Notes: a model not told the origin generated them from the sequence alone. DNA of 63,978 nucleotides, filler included, from Octopus bimaculoides (GCF_001194135.2; 7 parts of 7 records of this genome joined end to end with filler, not necessarily neighbours in it), one strand, 5' to 3'. Numbered from the whole stretch's first letter, positions 13,991 to 29,110 are shown. Made by a program: numbers and translations.

Positions 13991-14489
13991 GTATGTGTAT
14001 GTGTATATTCTTTGAAATGCCTAATGTATATCTAGTAGTAAGTGCACTACCACTGTTTGTAAATATATATATATATAGATAGATATATCTGTGTACATGT
14101 ATATGTGTGTGTGTGTCACCGTATGTGTGTATGAATACATGTATATACAGGTATATGAATGTATATGTTTATGTCTATGTGTACAAGCTGAATTAACGCC
14201 TGAGTGACCTATGGCATAAATTTGGACAACGGAAACATGGATATGTATACTGAAAAACAAATTGTAAAAAAAAAAATTCTGATATATCGCAACGCACAAC
14301 ATTCATGTAATATGTGCAAATACCTAGAGGCAACTAAAAAGTCTCTGACTAGAAAGGGCTAATAGTCTGAAACAATCAACAACAAGTCCCCTGAATATAC
14401 ATGATAATAAGGAATAGATAAATGTGAACACGTTTTACTGTTTCATTCGTCATTAGCACAGTGTTGTTTTATCTTGAAACCAGCCATTT

Positions 14490-14680
14490 ATCAGGCTTAG
14501 AATATGTAAAGCACATGGAGAATAGTTATCACTAAGGATATTTAAATACTGGTTTTAAATTTTGGCACAAAGCCAACAATTTCGTAGGAGAAGTAAATTG
14601 ATTACATCAACACTAGTGCTTAGCTGGTACTAATTTTATCGACCACAGAAGAATGAAAGTAAAAAATCGACCTTTGCGAA
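14490..14680 (-). mobile_element. SINE family C, degenerate 3' fragment
   Basis: ttttggcacaaagccaacaatttcg...gattacatcaacactagtgcttagctggtactaattttatcgaccacagaagaatgaaag resembles the copies at 34440 and 38770. Confidence 0.55.
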
Positions 14681-15539
14681 TGAAAACAGGACGTGAATAC
14701 GGACGAAACGAAGAACTGAAATAAAAAATTATCGAAGAAAACCATGAAAAATATATCACAGTGGTCAGTGGTATCAATTTAGCCCCCGCCCTTCCACATA
14801 CGATCGAATATATTCGTAAACTTAGAATTTTTGCTGTTAGTTGAACAACTAAAACTAGAACTTCGAAGTCACTAACAATGAAATGATTAATAACGTTATA
14901 ACATATACACTTTTACTCAGTCCTTTTCCAATAGATCATCAGAAATTTATATTTGNNNNNNNNNNNNNNNNNNNNNNNNNNNNNNNNNNNNNNNNNNNNN
15001 NNNNNNNNNNNNNNNNNNNNNNNNNNNNNNNNNNNNNNNNNNNNNNNNNNNNNNNNNNNNNNNNNNNNNNNNNNNNNNNNNNNNNNNNNNNNNNNNNNNN
15101 NNNNNNNNNNNNNNNNNNNNNNNNNNNNNNNNNNNNNNNNNNNNNNNNNNNNNNNNNNNNNNNNNNNNNNNNNNNNNNNNNNNNNNNNNNNNNNNNNNNN
15201 NNNNNNNNNNNNNNNNNNNNNNNNNNNNNNNNNNNNNNNNNNNNNNNNNNNNNNNNNNNNNNNNNNNNNNNNNNNNNNNNNNNNNNNNNNNNNNNNNNNN
15301 NNNNNNNNNNNNNNNNNNNNNNNNNNNNNNNNNNNNNNNNNNNNNNNNNNNNNNNNNNNNNNNNNNNNNNNNNNNNNNNNNNNNNNNNNNNNNNNNNNNN
15401 NNNNNNNNNNNNNNNNNNNNNNNNNNNNNNNNNNNNNNNNNNNNNNNNNNNNNNNNNNNNNNNNNNNNNNNNNNNNNNNNNNNNNNNNNNNNNNNNNATA
15501 TATATATATATATACATATACACATATGCATGTATGTAT

Positions 15540-15578
<39 letters not shown>

Positions 15579-16158
15579 GCGCTAATTTGGTGTAATCTGC
15601 TTCATTCTAGACAGGAAATGCATCGCATTAAACGCATCCTCAACGCTATGCGAATAATATAAGAAAATATGAAATAATTAGAATAATGTGTGAATAATAA
15701 AGCTAGAATAAGTGATAGAGAGAAGATGGGTTGGCGAATTAACCCATTAGGAGTAGAGGAGATGTTATGTTATGACGAATTATGAATATACACAGTTATG
15801 AGGTAATATTGATATTGTATATGCACATATACATACATATATATACATATATATATATAATGTGTGTATATATATATATGTAAATATAGTTATGCATATA
15901 TATGTATATATACATATATATATACACACACATGTACATATGTCTATATGCACATACAAACACAAGCACACACATACACACAGCACAAACATATATATAT
16001 ACATGTATATCTAGATAAATATACATGTGTATATATATATATGTAAATATAGTTATGCATATATATGTATATATACATATATATATACACACACATGTAC
16101 ATATNNNNNNNNNNTACATACGTAGATAGGTAGGTAGGTAGGTAGGTTGGTAGGTAGG

Positions 16159-16223
<65 letters not shown>

Positions 16224-16711
16224 GCAGAGAGAGATTCATAGATATAAATCTACACATACTGACACAACTCTTGATAAGCCGTTTCACGTAAAAAAGCCTT
16301 TTATGAAAATTTATGAATATTTATTAATTTGTCATATGTATAACGGTAATTATGTGATTAGGTGTTCATTCCACTCTTTGGCCATTGGTATATACCTTAT
16401 GACCATTATAACATTCCCTCAGGTTGGATATTCATTACATTTACATATAAACGCAAGTATGCATATACTTATGTGCGGATATCTGTGTGTGGAGTGTATA
16501 CAAAACGAATATGAATATGTTGCTGTGAATATGTTTTCTAAGTTTCCATTTTCTACATCATTACTTCTTCGTTTGTCAATAACTCTATATTTATTTGCAT
16601 GTCATCTTCTTGAGGTTTCGAAGTGTATTCGAAAATATTTATGCGTGTGTTTATATACATATAAATGTATATATATATATTTATAGATCTCTCTTTGCTT
16701 TCCCTCTCTTC

Positions 16712-16818
<107 letters not shown>

Positions 16819-17888
16819 ATAAATAGATAGATAGATAGATAGATAGAGATATACATATACATGTCTATATATATTTATATATAGAAGCACACACATACAA
16901 ACACATATATGTACACAAAACACGCTTTATATGAATATATGTAAATATACATGTATGTTTATGCATATATACATATCTATATGTGTGCATGTGTATATGT
17001 ATGATTATACTTTCATATACGCCTACAAATATATATGTATATGGCTTAGTTATATATACAAATGTAAATATAAATGTGTGTGTGTAGGTTCGTGTGTTTG
17101 TGTGTCTGCGTGCATGTAAATACATACATGTGCATATATATATATATATATATACATACATACATACATACATATATACATTTATGTACGTGTATACACA
17201 CATATACATATGAACACTTACATATATGCTTGTATGTATGTATGTATGTATATATATGCAAGTATATTCTTATTTGTGTGTGTGGGAATGTGCATGTGCG
17301 CCTCTGTGTGTCATCACATTTGTTTAAAATCTTACATCCAGAAACAAGACGACGTTGAAATATATCTGAAGCTCGTTAGTTCGTTAGAGTCATTGATCAT
17401 AATGACTTGCTATAATCTTTAGCGCGAGCGAACGTTCTTTTCTTTATAAATTTCACAATCCTATCCTATTATCGTTCTTGAGAATTACAGAAATACATCG
17501 CCATAGTTTGCCAATCAGCGTTTCAAAAATAGATGCTTCCACAGATCTGTTATTAAAGTCGGTAAATGTTTCTTCTTGCTGATTCGCTTCATATATCTAT
17601 CGACAGTTTTCCAGCGAAATCTGCTTTAATAATACCGTAAACAACCTGGTGTGAACCACGTCTTCGCTTTCGCGTTATTTTGATTTCATCTAATTCCATA
17701 TTATTGTTACCAAACTTAAAATTATAGGTTTATAAGGTCCCAAATGAATATTACATCCTGTTTATATCTCCATCTCCGCTAATGCGTTCTACGCTATTTA
17801 TATACGAATGCATATTTTCATAAGTATGCACTCACATGCATATGTACACGCATACACACAGACGCAGACTTGTAGATACATACATACA

Positions 17889-17942
<54 letters not shown>

Positions 17943-18178
17943 CACATATGTATATATTATACCTATTTATCAACCCCCCTCTCTCTCTCTATTTTTCTCT
18001 CTCTTTCTATATATATATATATATATTTATTATTATTATTATTATTATTATACATTCACACACACACACATATACACATATGTATATATTATACATATTT
18101 ATCAAACCCCTTCTCTCTATTTTTCTCTCTCTTTCTATATATATACATATATATATATTATTATTATTATTATACTTT

Positions 18179-18216
<38 letters not shown>

Positions 18217-18454
18217 ATATAATATAAATAATATAATATATGATGTAATATTGTATTTATTGAATGTAATGAATAATATTATATATAATAGTATATAATA
18301 ATATATATATCATACAATATGTGCATTGCTTGCATTATATTTGACATACAGAATACGCGCGTGAATAGATATATAAGTATCCGTGTATGTATGAGTATGT
18401 ATAAACACAAAGTGATCATTCTGTCTGAATATGTTGTAGTACGATGCTTAGTGG

Positions 18455-18660
18455 CTAGGATATCTGAACAAGGAATGATTCTGTAATTATGTGATCAAAT
18501 GTTGTCATCATAGTAAAAGACACTTTTATATTATGTCCTTTTGAATAATTTGCGAAATTTGTAGTCGTTGTGTAATTATTCGCTGATTCAGGAAAAAATT
18601 TTATTGTATCAATGAAAGTGAAAGGTGGGTTGAACCAAATCACAATTATCTTTACACTCT
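18455..18660 (-). mobile_element. Penelope-like element fragment (family distinct from the 55.9 kb element)
   Basis: IWFNPPF...HNIKVSFTMMTTFDHIITE resembles the IIWFNPP[FY]...N.IKVSYSCM.N+..II linker between RT and GIY-YIG in marine-invertebrate PLEs (recalled motif; short match). Confidence 0.5.
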
Positions 18661-19268
18661 CAGACTTGGGTCTCAGTGTGTAACTTTACCCTCCACTTGG
18701 TCTCTCGAGAAAAAAATGAACAGTTGCTTATACAGTTCATGAGTAACGGTTCCAAGCAAACTAATTGGCAGAATCACAAAACATTCAGTAGAATTAACAA
18801 TAGCAGGCTTTTCTCTGAACTACCATATTTGTTCATCGCAGACAAACTAATGGACATAATCACAAAATAAATATATTAATAAAAATCAGGGTAATAACAT
18901 TGATAGACCTATCCCTGAACAATCGTATTTGTTCACCCCAATCGCTACTTTCCTCATCACTTTCACAAGTTTGATTGTCCGAATCATTCACATTGCCTGC
19001 GTAAGGGTAAACTCTCTGTCTGAAGAATATATATCACTCATAATCTGCAAGATTGCGCAAAGAGTCTAGGCTTGCTTGTTTGCAAGATGAAGTGCTGGGT
19101 TCATCAAAGGTTCGTTTTATCACAAAATCGTTTTTTTTTCTCTCTCGATTAAATACAAAAGTGAAAAACAGCTATGGGAGACATCATAAACAATGATCCA
19201 TAAACACACTTGATTACAAAGCTGCAATGTTGTCGGTTGTGTATTTATAGTATTTATCTTATTTTTCT

Positions 19269-19432
19269 GGGTGTAGGAGTGGCTGTGTGGTAAGTAACTT
19301 GCATACCAACCACATGGTTCCGGGTTCAGTCCCACTGCGTGGCACCATGGGCAAGTGTCTTCTACTGTAGCCTCGGGCCGACCAAAGCCTTCTGGGTGGA
19401 TTTGGTAGACGGAAACTGAAAGAAGCCTGTCG

Positions 19433-19474
<42 letters not shown>

Positions 19475-19760
19475 TGTGTTTGTGTGTCTGTGTTTGTCCC
19501 CCCACTAACATCGCTTGACAACCGATACTGGTGTGTTTACGTCCCCGTAACTTAGCGGTTCGGCAAAAGAGACCGATAGAATAAGTACTAGGCTTCTAAA
19601 GAATAAGTTCTGGTGTCGATTTGCTCGACTAAAAGGTGGTGCTCCAGCATGGCCGCAGTCGAATGACTGAAACAAGTAAAAGAGTATATGTATGTTTGTG
19701 TGTCTGTGTTTGTACCCCCAACATCCAGCATGGTCACAATCAAACGACTGAAACAAGTTA
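19269..19760 (+). mobile_element. tRNA-derived SINE family B, full length, plus partial tandem 3' duplicate
   Basis: A box TGGCTGTGTGG, B-box-like GGTTCAGTCCC, internal (TA)n(TG)n, 3' end gaaacaagtaaaagag; 19690-19760 repeats part of the 3' half. Confidence 0.88.
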
Positions 19761-20545
19761 AACAGTTAAACAGTTAAACAGTATTGTTTATGACTACTTT
19801 ACCGAGAAACCGGTAGAGATTACGTTTAAATAATTCTCGATATACCTGAAATACGGTGCCATAAGGTTAAATTTAAAATTTCCGAGGGAGATGAGATGAT
19901 TTACCTCGCAGTGTCGGCTGTGTCCACCACTACGAGTCCAAATAACATTACACCGTTATCTTTATGAAGTCTCATGCTCGTATTGGTCAGTTTCCAGTTC
20001 CTTCAAACAAAAATCTTGAGGATTTCATATTTTTAGTCATCACGTATATACGCATTAGAAGTTATAGAAGCTTTGAAAAATGAGGTGCAAGTGTTAAACC
20101 CATGAATTACAAGTTTGCGTGATTGTGGGCGAATTAATCGAGGATATGCCAACTCCGAAGCCATGTCTTTCCGTATTAATACAGCTTTAGCCGATTCTTG
20201 GGAAGAGAAGAAAGAAAAAGAAAAAAAATAATACGTTTCTCGAAGGGATTACATGTCATCTAGTTTATCGAACAGTTATGGAAATACATACTAATGCGTA
20301 CACGCACACATACATTCACACACACACGCGCACGCGCACGCACACACACACACGCACACACAAAGACGTACACAAATCTACACCTACATATAAATATATA
20401 TATATAGATAGATAGATAGATAGATANNNNNNNNNNNNNNNNNNNNNNNNNNNNNNNNNNNNNNNNNNNNNNNNNNNNNNNNNNNNNNNNNNNNNNNNNN
20501 NNNNNNNNNNNNNNNNNNNNNNNNNNNATATATAAATATATATAT

Positions 20546-20596
<51 letters not shown>

Positions 20597-20750
20597 TATG
20601 TATGTTCATATGTGTTTATGTATTTATGTATGAATGTATGCATATGTCTATCAATCTATTTATCTATCTATCTTTCTGCCTGCCTGTCTCTCAGTCTGTC
20701 TATCTGTCTATCAATCAATATATTTATCTATCTATCTTTCTGCCTACCTG

Positions 20751-20827
<77 letters not shown>

Positions 20828-20859
20828 TTATATCTACACACACATGCACGCGCGCATAC

Positions 20860-20890
<31 letters not shown>

Positions 20891-22265
20891 CATGCATACA
20901 TACATACATACATACATACATGCATACATATCTATATATTTAGTAACTAATTTAAAAAAACTAAATAAAAACAAAGCTAGTGTTGTGAAAGTATTAACCG
21001 CACATATTCAATGGAAGTGTGTTGCTTATTCGTCGGTTCGCTGCAGGAAAGCGTCAGAAGGACGACTCCCTGATTGCACTGGGCGTTAAAATACCTGAAA
21101 GTCATAAACAGGCGGGATAACTCGTCCCAGATCTCAGTCAAGAGTAATGGATGCCGATATTTCGCCATTTTTTGTGGCTTATCAACATCCCATATCTGAA
21201 TCGCACCGGGGACGAACTCTATCGGCATTATCTATAAAAGCAACTCGAATAGCAAATGTGTCCGATTCAATTCTTGATAATGTGTTTCTGAAGGTCTCGA
21301 AACGTCGTATATGGGTTTAGGAACTCTGCTGTTCAAGATCTACCGTAAGAAAGCTAATAACAAAATAAGATAAATTTAAAATAAAGAAGATACAATTTAA
21401 ACATAGACGTGTATTTAATAAAACACGTATAAAAGAAAAGCTGCTACACACAATGCTTAGACACGCACTCACAACCACACACACAAACACACAACGCACT
21501 TCCGTATGATAAAGACAGAGTGTAGCGTCTTTACTAAGTAGAAAGTGCTTTATGAAGATTCTACATCGTGACATCGAAATCAGAACTATGTCATTAGGCA
21601 CCGAGATTTTTCACCATAGATACAATATATATACNNNNNNNNNNNNNNNNNNNNNNNNNNNNNNNNNNNNNNNNNNNNNNNNNNNNNNNNNNNNNNNNNN
21701 NNNNNNNNNNNNNNNNNNNNNNNNNNNNNNNNNNNNNNNNNNNNNNNNNNNNNNNNNNNNNNNNNNNNNNNNNNNNNNNNNNNNNNNNNNNNNNNNNNNN
21801 NNNNNNNNNNNNNNNNNNNNNNNNNNNNNNNNNNNNNNNNNNNNNNNNNNNNNNNNNNNNNNNNNNNNNNNNNNNNNNNNNNNNNNNNNNNNNNNNNNNN
21901 NNNNNNNNNNNNNNNNNNNNNNNNNNNNNNNNNNNNNNNNNNNNNNNNNNNNNNNNNNNNNNNNNNNNNNNNNNNNNNNNNNNNNNNNNNNNNNNNNNNN
22001 NNNNNNNNNNNNNNNNNNNNNNNNNNNNNNNNNNNNNNNNNNNNNNNNNNNNNNNNNNNNNNNNNNNNNNNNNNNNNNNNNNNNNNNNNNNNNNNNNNNN
22101 NNNNNNNNNNNNNNNNNNNNNNNNNNNNNNNNNNNNNNNNNNNNNNNNNNNNNNNNNNNNNNNNNNNNNNNNNNNNNNNNNNNNNNNNNNNNNNNNNNNN
22201 NNNNNNNNNNNNNNNNNNNNNNNNNNNNNNNNNNNNNNNNNNNNNNNNNNNNNNNNNNNNNNNNN

Positions 22266-22309
<44 letters not shown>

Positions 22310-23202
22310 GAATGTGCATATTTATATATAAGCATGTACAAGCAAGCATAAATTCACGCATATGCGTGTTTCTGTATATAAAATTGCATACGTGTTTGTA
22401 TAAGTGTCACGACCCCAAATGAATGCTCTCCTGTATATGTGTATGTGAGGCCGCATATGTACACGTACACTTGTGCCATGCAAGTTACAATCATCTTCAC
22501 GAACATAAGAAAAGAAAGAAATCCGCGTTCGGTTGATGATAAGTACAAAAATACATTTATTTCAGCATAAATAAATATTCTAATGTTAGTATTCCTCAGG
22601 AATTTTATTTAAAAAGGCACTTAACTTTAAATCTAGTCGTCATAAAATATTGAATTAGCTTTTAAAAATTCTCTGTTTAATGAATATATTTCGTACTGTA
22701 CGAACATATGGAAGCCATTCCATTTGTGTAACTTTAGGTGTATTTAAGTGCCTTTATTACAAAGAATGTGAAATTTTCGTTAGTAACATTCAATTTTGCT
22801 TTTCAAATACTACAGTAATTTTTTTTTATCACGAAAATATAACTTTGGCGTAATGTTAGCCGGTTCTAATTATATAAGCACAGACTTACTTAAGCGTAAA
22901 TACATATATACATTCAAACATATGCATACATACGTACATAATCACACACACACACACCACACACATACGCACACACACACACACACACACACACACNNNN
23001 NNNNNNNNNNNNNNNNNNNNNNNNNNNNNNNNNNNNNNNNNNNNNNNNNNNNNNNNNNNNNNNNNNNNNNNNNNNNNNNNNNNNNNNNNNNNNNNNNNNN
23101 NNNNNNNNNNNNNNNNNNNNNNNNNNNNNNNNNNNNNNNNNNNNNNNNNNNNNNNNNNNNNNNNNNNNNNNNNNNNNNNNNNNNNNNNNNNNNNNNNNNN
23201 NN

Positions 23203-23235
<33 letters not shown>

Positions 23236-23336
23236 TATGTATATATATGTGTGTATGTCTGTATGTGTGTTCGTATGCATGTGTGCAAGTGTGTGTGTTC
23301 GTGTGCGTGTGTCTGTGTATGTGTCTGTGGGTATAT

Positions 23337-23367
<31 letters not shown>

Positions 23368-23564
23368 GCATTAACAATTCAGTTCCGCATTGTTGAGTTA
23401 ATACGTATATTTAATTTCTATAATATATGCTCAACACTTTTTTTCTCAATTGTTATAATAATTAAAAAGAAAACATATCAATATAATAAACATTAATAAC
23501 GAAGAGACGAGACATATTCAATCTGAATATGTCTTCTTTTTCTACTTTCACTTTCACTAGTGCT

Positions 23565-23903
23565 CGTTTCAGTCATTAGACTTCGACAGAAGTTTTAGTC
23601 GAATGAATTGACCCCTTGCACTTAATCTGTCGTTCTCTTTTTGCCGAACGGTTCAGTTACAGGGAATATAAATACACCAACACCTGTTGTCAAGAGGTAG
23701 TGGTAGACAAACACAGACACAAAGATACACACACACGCACACACACATCTTCACACACATACACACACGACGGGCTTCTTTCAGTTTCATACTACTAAAT
23801 TTGCGCACAAAGCATTGGTTGGTCCGAGGCCATAATACAAGACACTTGTCCAAGGTACCTCTAGTGGGACTGAACTCGGAACCATGTGGCTGGAAGACAA
23901 GCC
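23565..23903 (-). mobile_element. SINE family B, near full length
   Basis: Reverse complement aligns by eye with 19269-19686 and 33076-33455. Confidence 0.8.
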
Positions 23904-24572
23904 TTGGTTTCTAAAAACAGATAGACACCTCCGTCGGTGGAATGTAGATAACAGATTGGAATTGGCATTTTGTACTTGAGAAAGTGTTGCATATTTTTAC
24001 TATTCCACTTACAGATTACATTTGCTGGTTGATTTCTTCATCTGAAAACCCCAGCTTATTCAGATTGTCTCTTATCAAATGCACCAATTATTATTTGAAT
24101 AAACGTGAATTTATAATCTAGATATTGAAGCTATAGGTTTCGAGGCAGCTATACGTAGTTATCCTCATTCTCTTTGATTTACGAAGGGATATTCACATTA
24201 GCAGGGCAGATAAGCGTTACGACAGCATATAATTTTTCTTGTCAGTCCCAAATAAAGATATCCAAGCTGATATGTTTACGCTTAACGGAATTTTTGATGG
24301 GAATTTCTGTACATGCGTGGGTATGTATGAGTTTATGCATATATATATGTACGTACATATAATGTGTGTGTGTGTTTGTGTGGTGTAGTGGCGGTGGTGG
24401 TGGTGATGGTGATGTGTGTTTAAATTTCCCGAAGAAGAGGTCGTGAAGTGATATATTGAAATACCAGGCTATAGTACTAACTATCGATCGGCCACTACTA
24501 TTAATTTTTATAACTTGCATTGTTTTGACTTTAAAAGATGTGTAAGTATGTATGTATATATGTGTGTGTATG

Positions 24573-24614
<42 letters not shown>

Positions 24615-24624
24615 NNNNNNNNNN

Positions 24625-24663
<39 letters not shown>

Positions 24664-25054
24664 AAATAAAACGAACAATACAAAAATACGAAATTGGGCA
24701 AATATGCTATTAGTTTCAGCTTGTGAGTTTGAAGATGGTTTCATAACATTTCAGACATTATTCCTTCATTGGAAAAAGAGAAATATGGGGATAGATAGAT
24801 AGACAGATAGATAGACAGCCATAAATAGATAGAAAGAAAGATAGATAGATAGAGAGAGACAGACAGACAGACAGAGATTGGTGAGTGACTAAAAACACAA
24901 TTAGAAAATTACAAAACAATAACGATAATAACAATAACCATAAAAAGTAACAATTAAAGGTAACACATTGGGGAAGGCCGTGAGAGGAAGGTGAGTGTTC
25001 AGAAACCAAGGGAATAAAACTCGCCCACTGGTAAATTAAAAGAAAAAAAAAACT

Positions 25055-25230
25055 GGCATACCGATGGTTACGACTACGAAGGTTTTAGTTGATCCGATCC
25101 TCGAAACAACCTGCTTGTGAAATTTACATGCAAGTGTTTGAGTATTCCACAGACACTCGTATCCTTAACGTAGTTTTCAGGGAGATTTAGAATGTGACAA
25201 GGCTAGCCTTTTGAATTACCAGTACTACTC
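25055..25230 (-). mobile_element. SINE family A, 3' fragment
   Basis: Diverged match to 6504-6680. Confidence 0.75.
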
Positions 25231-27346
25231 ATTTTCGTCAGACGAGTGGACTGGAGCAACGTGAAATAAAGGCAAGGACAATACGCGACGTCTTGAGCCA
25301 AGACGATAGAAAAATTATTACGAACGCTTGGTAGATGAGCTATGAGAGAAGCGACAGAAAAAAGAACGTCTTTTCATTAGGAAGGCAGTGGACAGAAAGA
25401 GAGATCCCATTTCGTCACGTGTCAGCGACGAGAGATTCAAGGAGAAAGAGTGAGAGAGAGGGAACGGTGAAAGGGAGAGAAGAATAAAGATAGTGTAGGA
25501 GAGAACAACAGAAAGGATGAAGAACAAGAGAGGGAGAGAGATAGACAGAGAAGAGATAGTAGAAGAGTGCGCATTGTGATTAAGACAAAACTTACTTGCA
25601 AAAGGATGCGTGGCGTTCGATCATATAATAATATAAAAAATCTATAAATATATGCATATATCCATACATATATGTACATACCTACATCTATATGTATACA
25701 TACATGCATATATGAGTACAGGACATCAAAAAAACGTTAAATACAATGAGAAACGAAAATAAAAAAGTGAAAACATAGAAAACGAATATTTTTCCAACAA
25801 CGAAAAAAACAAACGGAGAAACGAGACNNNNNNNNNNNNNNNNNNNNNNNNNNNNNNNNNNNNNNNNNNNNNNNNNNNNNNNNNNNNNNNNNNNNNNNNN
25901 NNNNNNNNNNNNNNNNNNNNNNNNNNNNNNNNNNNNNNNNNNNNNNNNNNNNNNNNNNNNNNNNNNNNNNNNNNNNNNNNNNNNNNNNNNNNNNNNNNNN
26001 NNNNNNNNNNNNNNNNNNNNNNNNNNNNNNNNNNNNNNNNNNNNNNNNNNNNNNNNNNNNNNNNNNNNNNNNNNNNNNNNNNNNNNNNNNNNNNNNNNNN
26101 NNNNNNNNNNNNNNNNNNNNNNNNNNNNNNNNNNNNNNNNNNNNNNNNNNNNNNNNNNNNNNNNNNNNNNNNNNNNNNNNNNNNNNNNNNNNNNNNNNNN
26201 NNNNNNNNNNNNNNNNNNNNNNNNNNNNNNNNNNNNNNNNNNNNNNNNNNNNNNNNNNNNNNNNNNNNNNNNNNNNNNNNNNNNNNNNNNNNNNNNNNNN
26301 NNNNNNNNNNNNNNNNNNNNNNNNNNNNNNNNNNNNNNNNNNNNNNNNNNNNNNNNNNNNNNNNNNNNNNNNNNNNNNNNNNNNNNNNNNNNNNNNNNNN
26401 NNNNNNNNNNNNNNNNNNNNNNNNNNNNNNNNNNNNNNNNNNNNNNNNNNNNNNNNNNNNNNNNNNNNNNNNNNNNNNNNNNNNNNNNNNNNNNNNNNNN
26501 NNNNNNNNNNNNNNNNNNNNNNNNNNNNNNNNNNNNNNNNNNNNNNNNNNNNNNNNNNNNNNNNNNNNNNNNNNNNNNNNNNNNNNNNNNNNNNNNNNNN
26601 NNNNNNNNNNNNNNNNNNNNNNNNNNNNNNNNNNNNNNNNNNNNNNNNNNNNNNNNNNNNNNNNNNNNNNNNNNNNNNNNNNNNNNNNNNNNNNNNNNNN
26701 NNNNNNNNNNNNNNNNNNNNNNNNNNNNNNNNNNNNNNNNNNNNNNNNNNNNNNNNNNNNNNNNNNNNNNNNNNNNNTATATACACATGCATGTTTGTGT
26801 GTGTTTCACATCTTTATGTACGTCTATGTGCGTGAATTCTTGGAAAAAGTGAAGTATGAATATGAACATCATCATCAACTCTAACAATAATTTCAATGTC
26901 TGCGACAACAGCAGCAACAATAACAAAAACAACAATATCAATAACACCCAACTTCACACAAAAAAAAAAAAACTTAGAGCAAGTGCAAGAGAAACAGCAA
27001 AAAGAAACAATGAAATTTTCTCAAAGATTGTAACTTTGTTGTAAGTGAAGCTGAAGTAAGCAACTATTGCGCAGACTTATAAAAGATACAGAGAGAAAGA
27101 GAGAGAGAGATTGATATAGAGAGTGGCAGTGAGAGAGAGAGAAGAAGATGAGGGAAGAGATGGCTATTAAGAAACATGTCTGCCATAACAGAAAGGTCAA
27201 GAAGGGGTCCATGTTTAGGCGGGAGAAGTAATCGAGATGGCGCCAAAGATGGTCGGATGAAGCCTACGAACTGAGTGCTTGCTTGCTCACCGACATCAAG
27301 CGAATATTCAATTGCTCGCGTATATGTATATGTTTATATATAATAT

Positions 27347-27383
<37 letters not shown>

Positions 27384-27422
27384 AACATATATATATATAT
27401 TCATATACACTACTACTACTAT

Positions 27423-27514
<92 letters not shown>

Positions 27515-27701
27515 CTTCNNNNNNNNNNNNNNNNNNNNNNNNNNNNNNNNNNNNNNNNNNNNNNNNNNNNNNNNNNNNNNNNNNNNNNNNNNNNNNNNNN
27601 NNNNNNNNNNNNNNNNNNNNNNNNNNNNNNNNNNNNNNNNNNNNNNNNNNNNNNNNNNNNNNNNNNNNNNNNNNNNNNNNNNNNNNNNNNNNNNNNNNNN
27701 N

Positions 27702-27733
<32 letters not shown>

Positions 27734-28316
27734 ATCAGATATGCACAAGTAATTCAGTTTAAATAATTCAATTTGATTTTCTACCATATTCTTTCCTCTT
27801 TTTTTTCTTTTTTCCTTCCTGTCTGTCTCGATGTTTGCTTTTTCACTCTCCTTCTCTATATATGTATACAACGTAACTATAATATATTCATATATTCACA
27901 CACACACACACATAAATGTATGTATGTACACATGTCTGCACAGGTATATATATATATACATACATATACGTATGCATGTTTGCACATATACAATTATATA
28001 CTATATTTGTGTGTGTGTGTGTGTGTGTATGTGTGTGTGTGTGTGTATATTCTCCTCTATTTATATCTATATATTTCTGTCCATATACTAAACTTGTGTC
28101 CTTCTCCATTCTTCTGTTTATTCTGTTGAAGTCTCCATTGATAAACTTTCCATCCCAATACAATTTCCCTACTCTTCCCGTCCCTCCTCTCTCTCACCTT
28201 TTCTCTGTCCACGCATCTCTTCCTCTATCTATCTCCGTCTCTTGCTCACAAAATATTACTATATGAATCTTCCCTCTTCCTTCTCTCTTTCACCTCTCCT
28301 GCTTTGTCTCACTGTT

Positions 28317-28375
<59 letters not shown>

Positions 28376-28472
28376 TGACTACGATTTCACGTTTCTCTTT
28401 CCACACCTATCTCTATCTCTCTATCTCCCTCTGTTACGTTATCTTCATTTTCCTCCCCTGCTCTCTCCCCAC

Positions 28473-28531
<59 letters not shown>

Positions 28532-29017
28532 CATCTATATTTCTATCTCTATCTGTACTATATATATACTTTATGTTAACTCTCTCTCTTTTCCCCTCTC
28601 TATCACATTATCTTCCTTTTCCCTCTTCAGCCCCCACCTCTCTTTCCCACTCTCGCTCTCATTCTTTCCTTCTCTCCTTCATCTTATCTTCAATTCTATT
28701 CTTTTCTATTCTATCGCATTTCACTCTCGACTCAGTCTAGTCTCACAGTTGATTTTCCAATGTCTCATGGCGCAGCAAATTCATTATCTATAGTCAAACA
28801 CTTCGCGTATTTATTCAGATATCTGAACTCGAGGTTTAAATTGTATGATCCGGTAACCTCACCTCCTGGGTATTTACTATTTCATCTGCTGACTACCAAT
28901 TAAATCTATTATTCTAGAAGGCCATGCACTCTCACTCACACAAATACATACATACAGCTTGATGCTAGATTGCTACTTAAACAAAGACACGTGCACAAAA
29001 GTGCATTATATACATAC

Positions 29018-29054
<37 letters not shown>

Positions 29055-29098
29055 NNNNNNNNNNNNNNNNNNNNNNNNNNNNNNNNNNNNNNNNNNNN

Positions 29099-29110
29099 TT
29101 AATTAATTAA
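29099..29110. other. Artificial six-frame-stop linker TTAATTAATTAA inside a 100-nt N spacer (also at 41393, 44437, 51000, 59234, 62692)
   Basis: Identical 12-mer flanked by about 44 N on each side at six positions. Confidence 0.95.

Noticed and set aside
17400-17700. Complex sequence with partly open minus-strand frames (KTWFTPGCLRYY...)
   Set aside because: No motif I can assign; contains stops.
19780-20220. Unique sequence with protein-like frames (RINRGYANSEAMSFRINTALADSWEE)
   Set aside because: In-frame stop, no splice support and no recognisable family.
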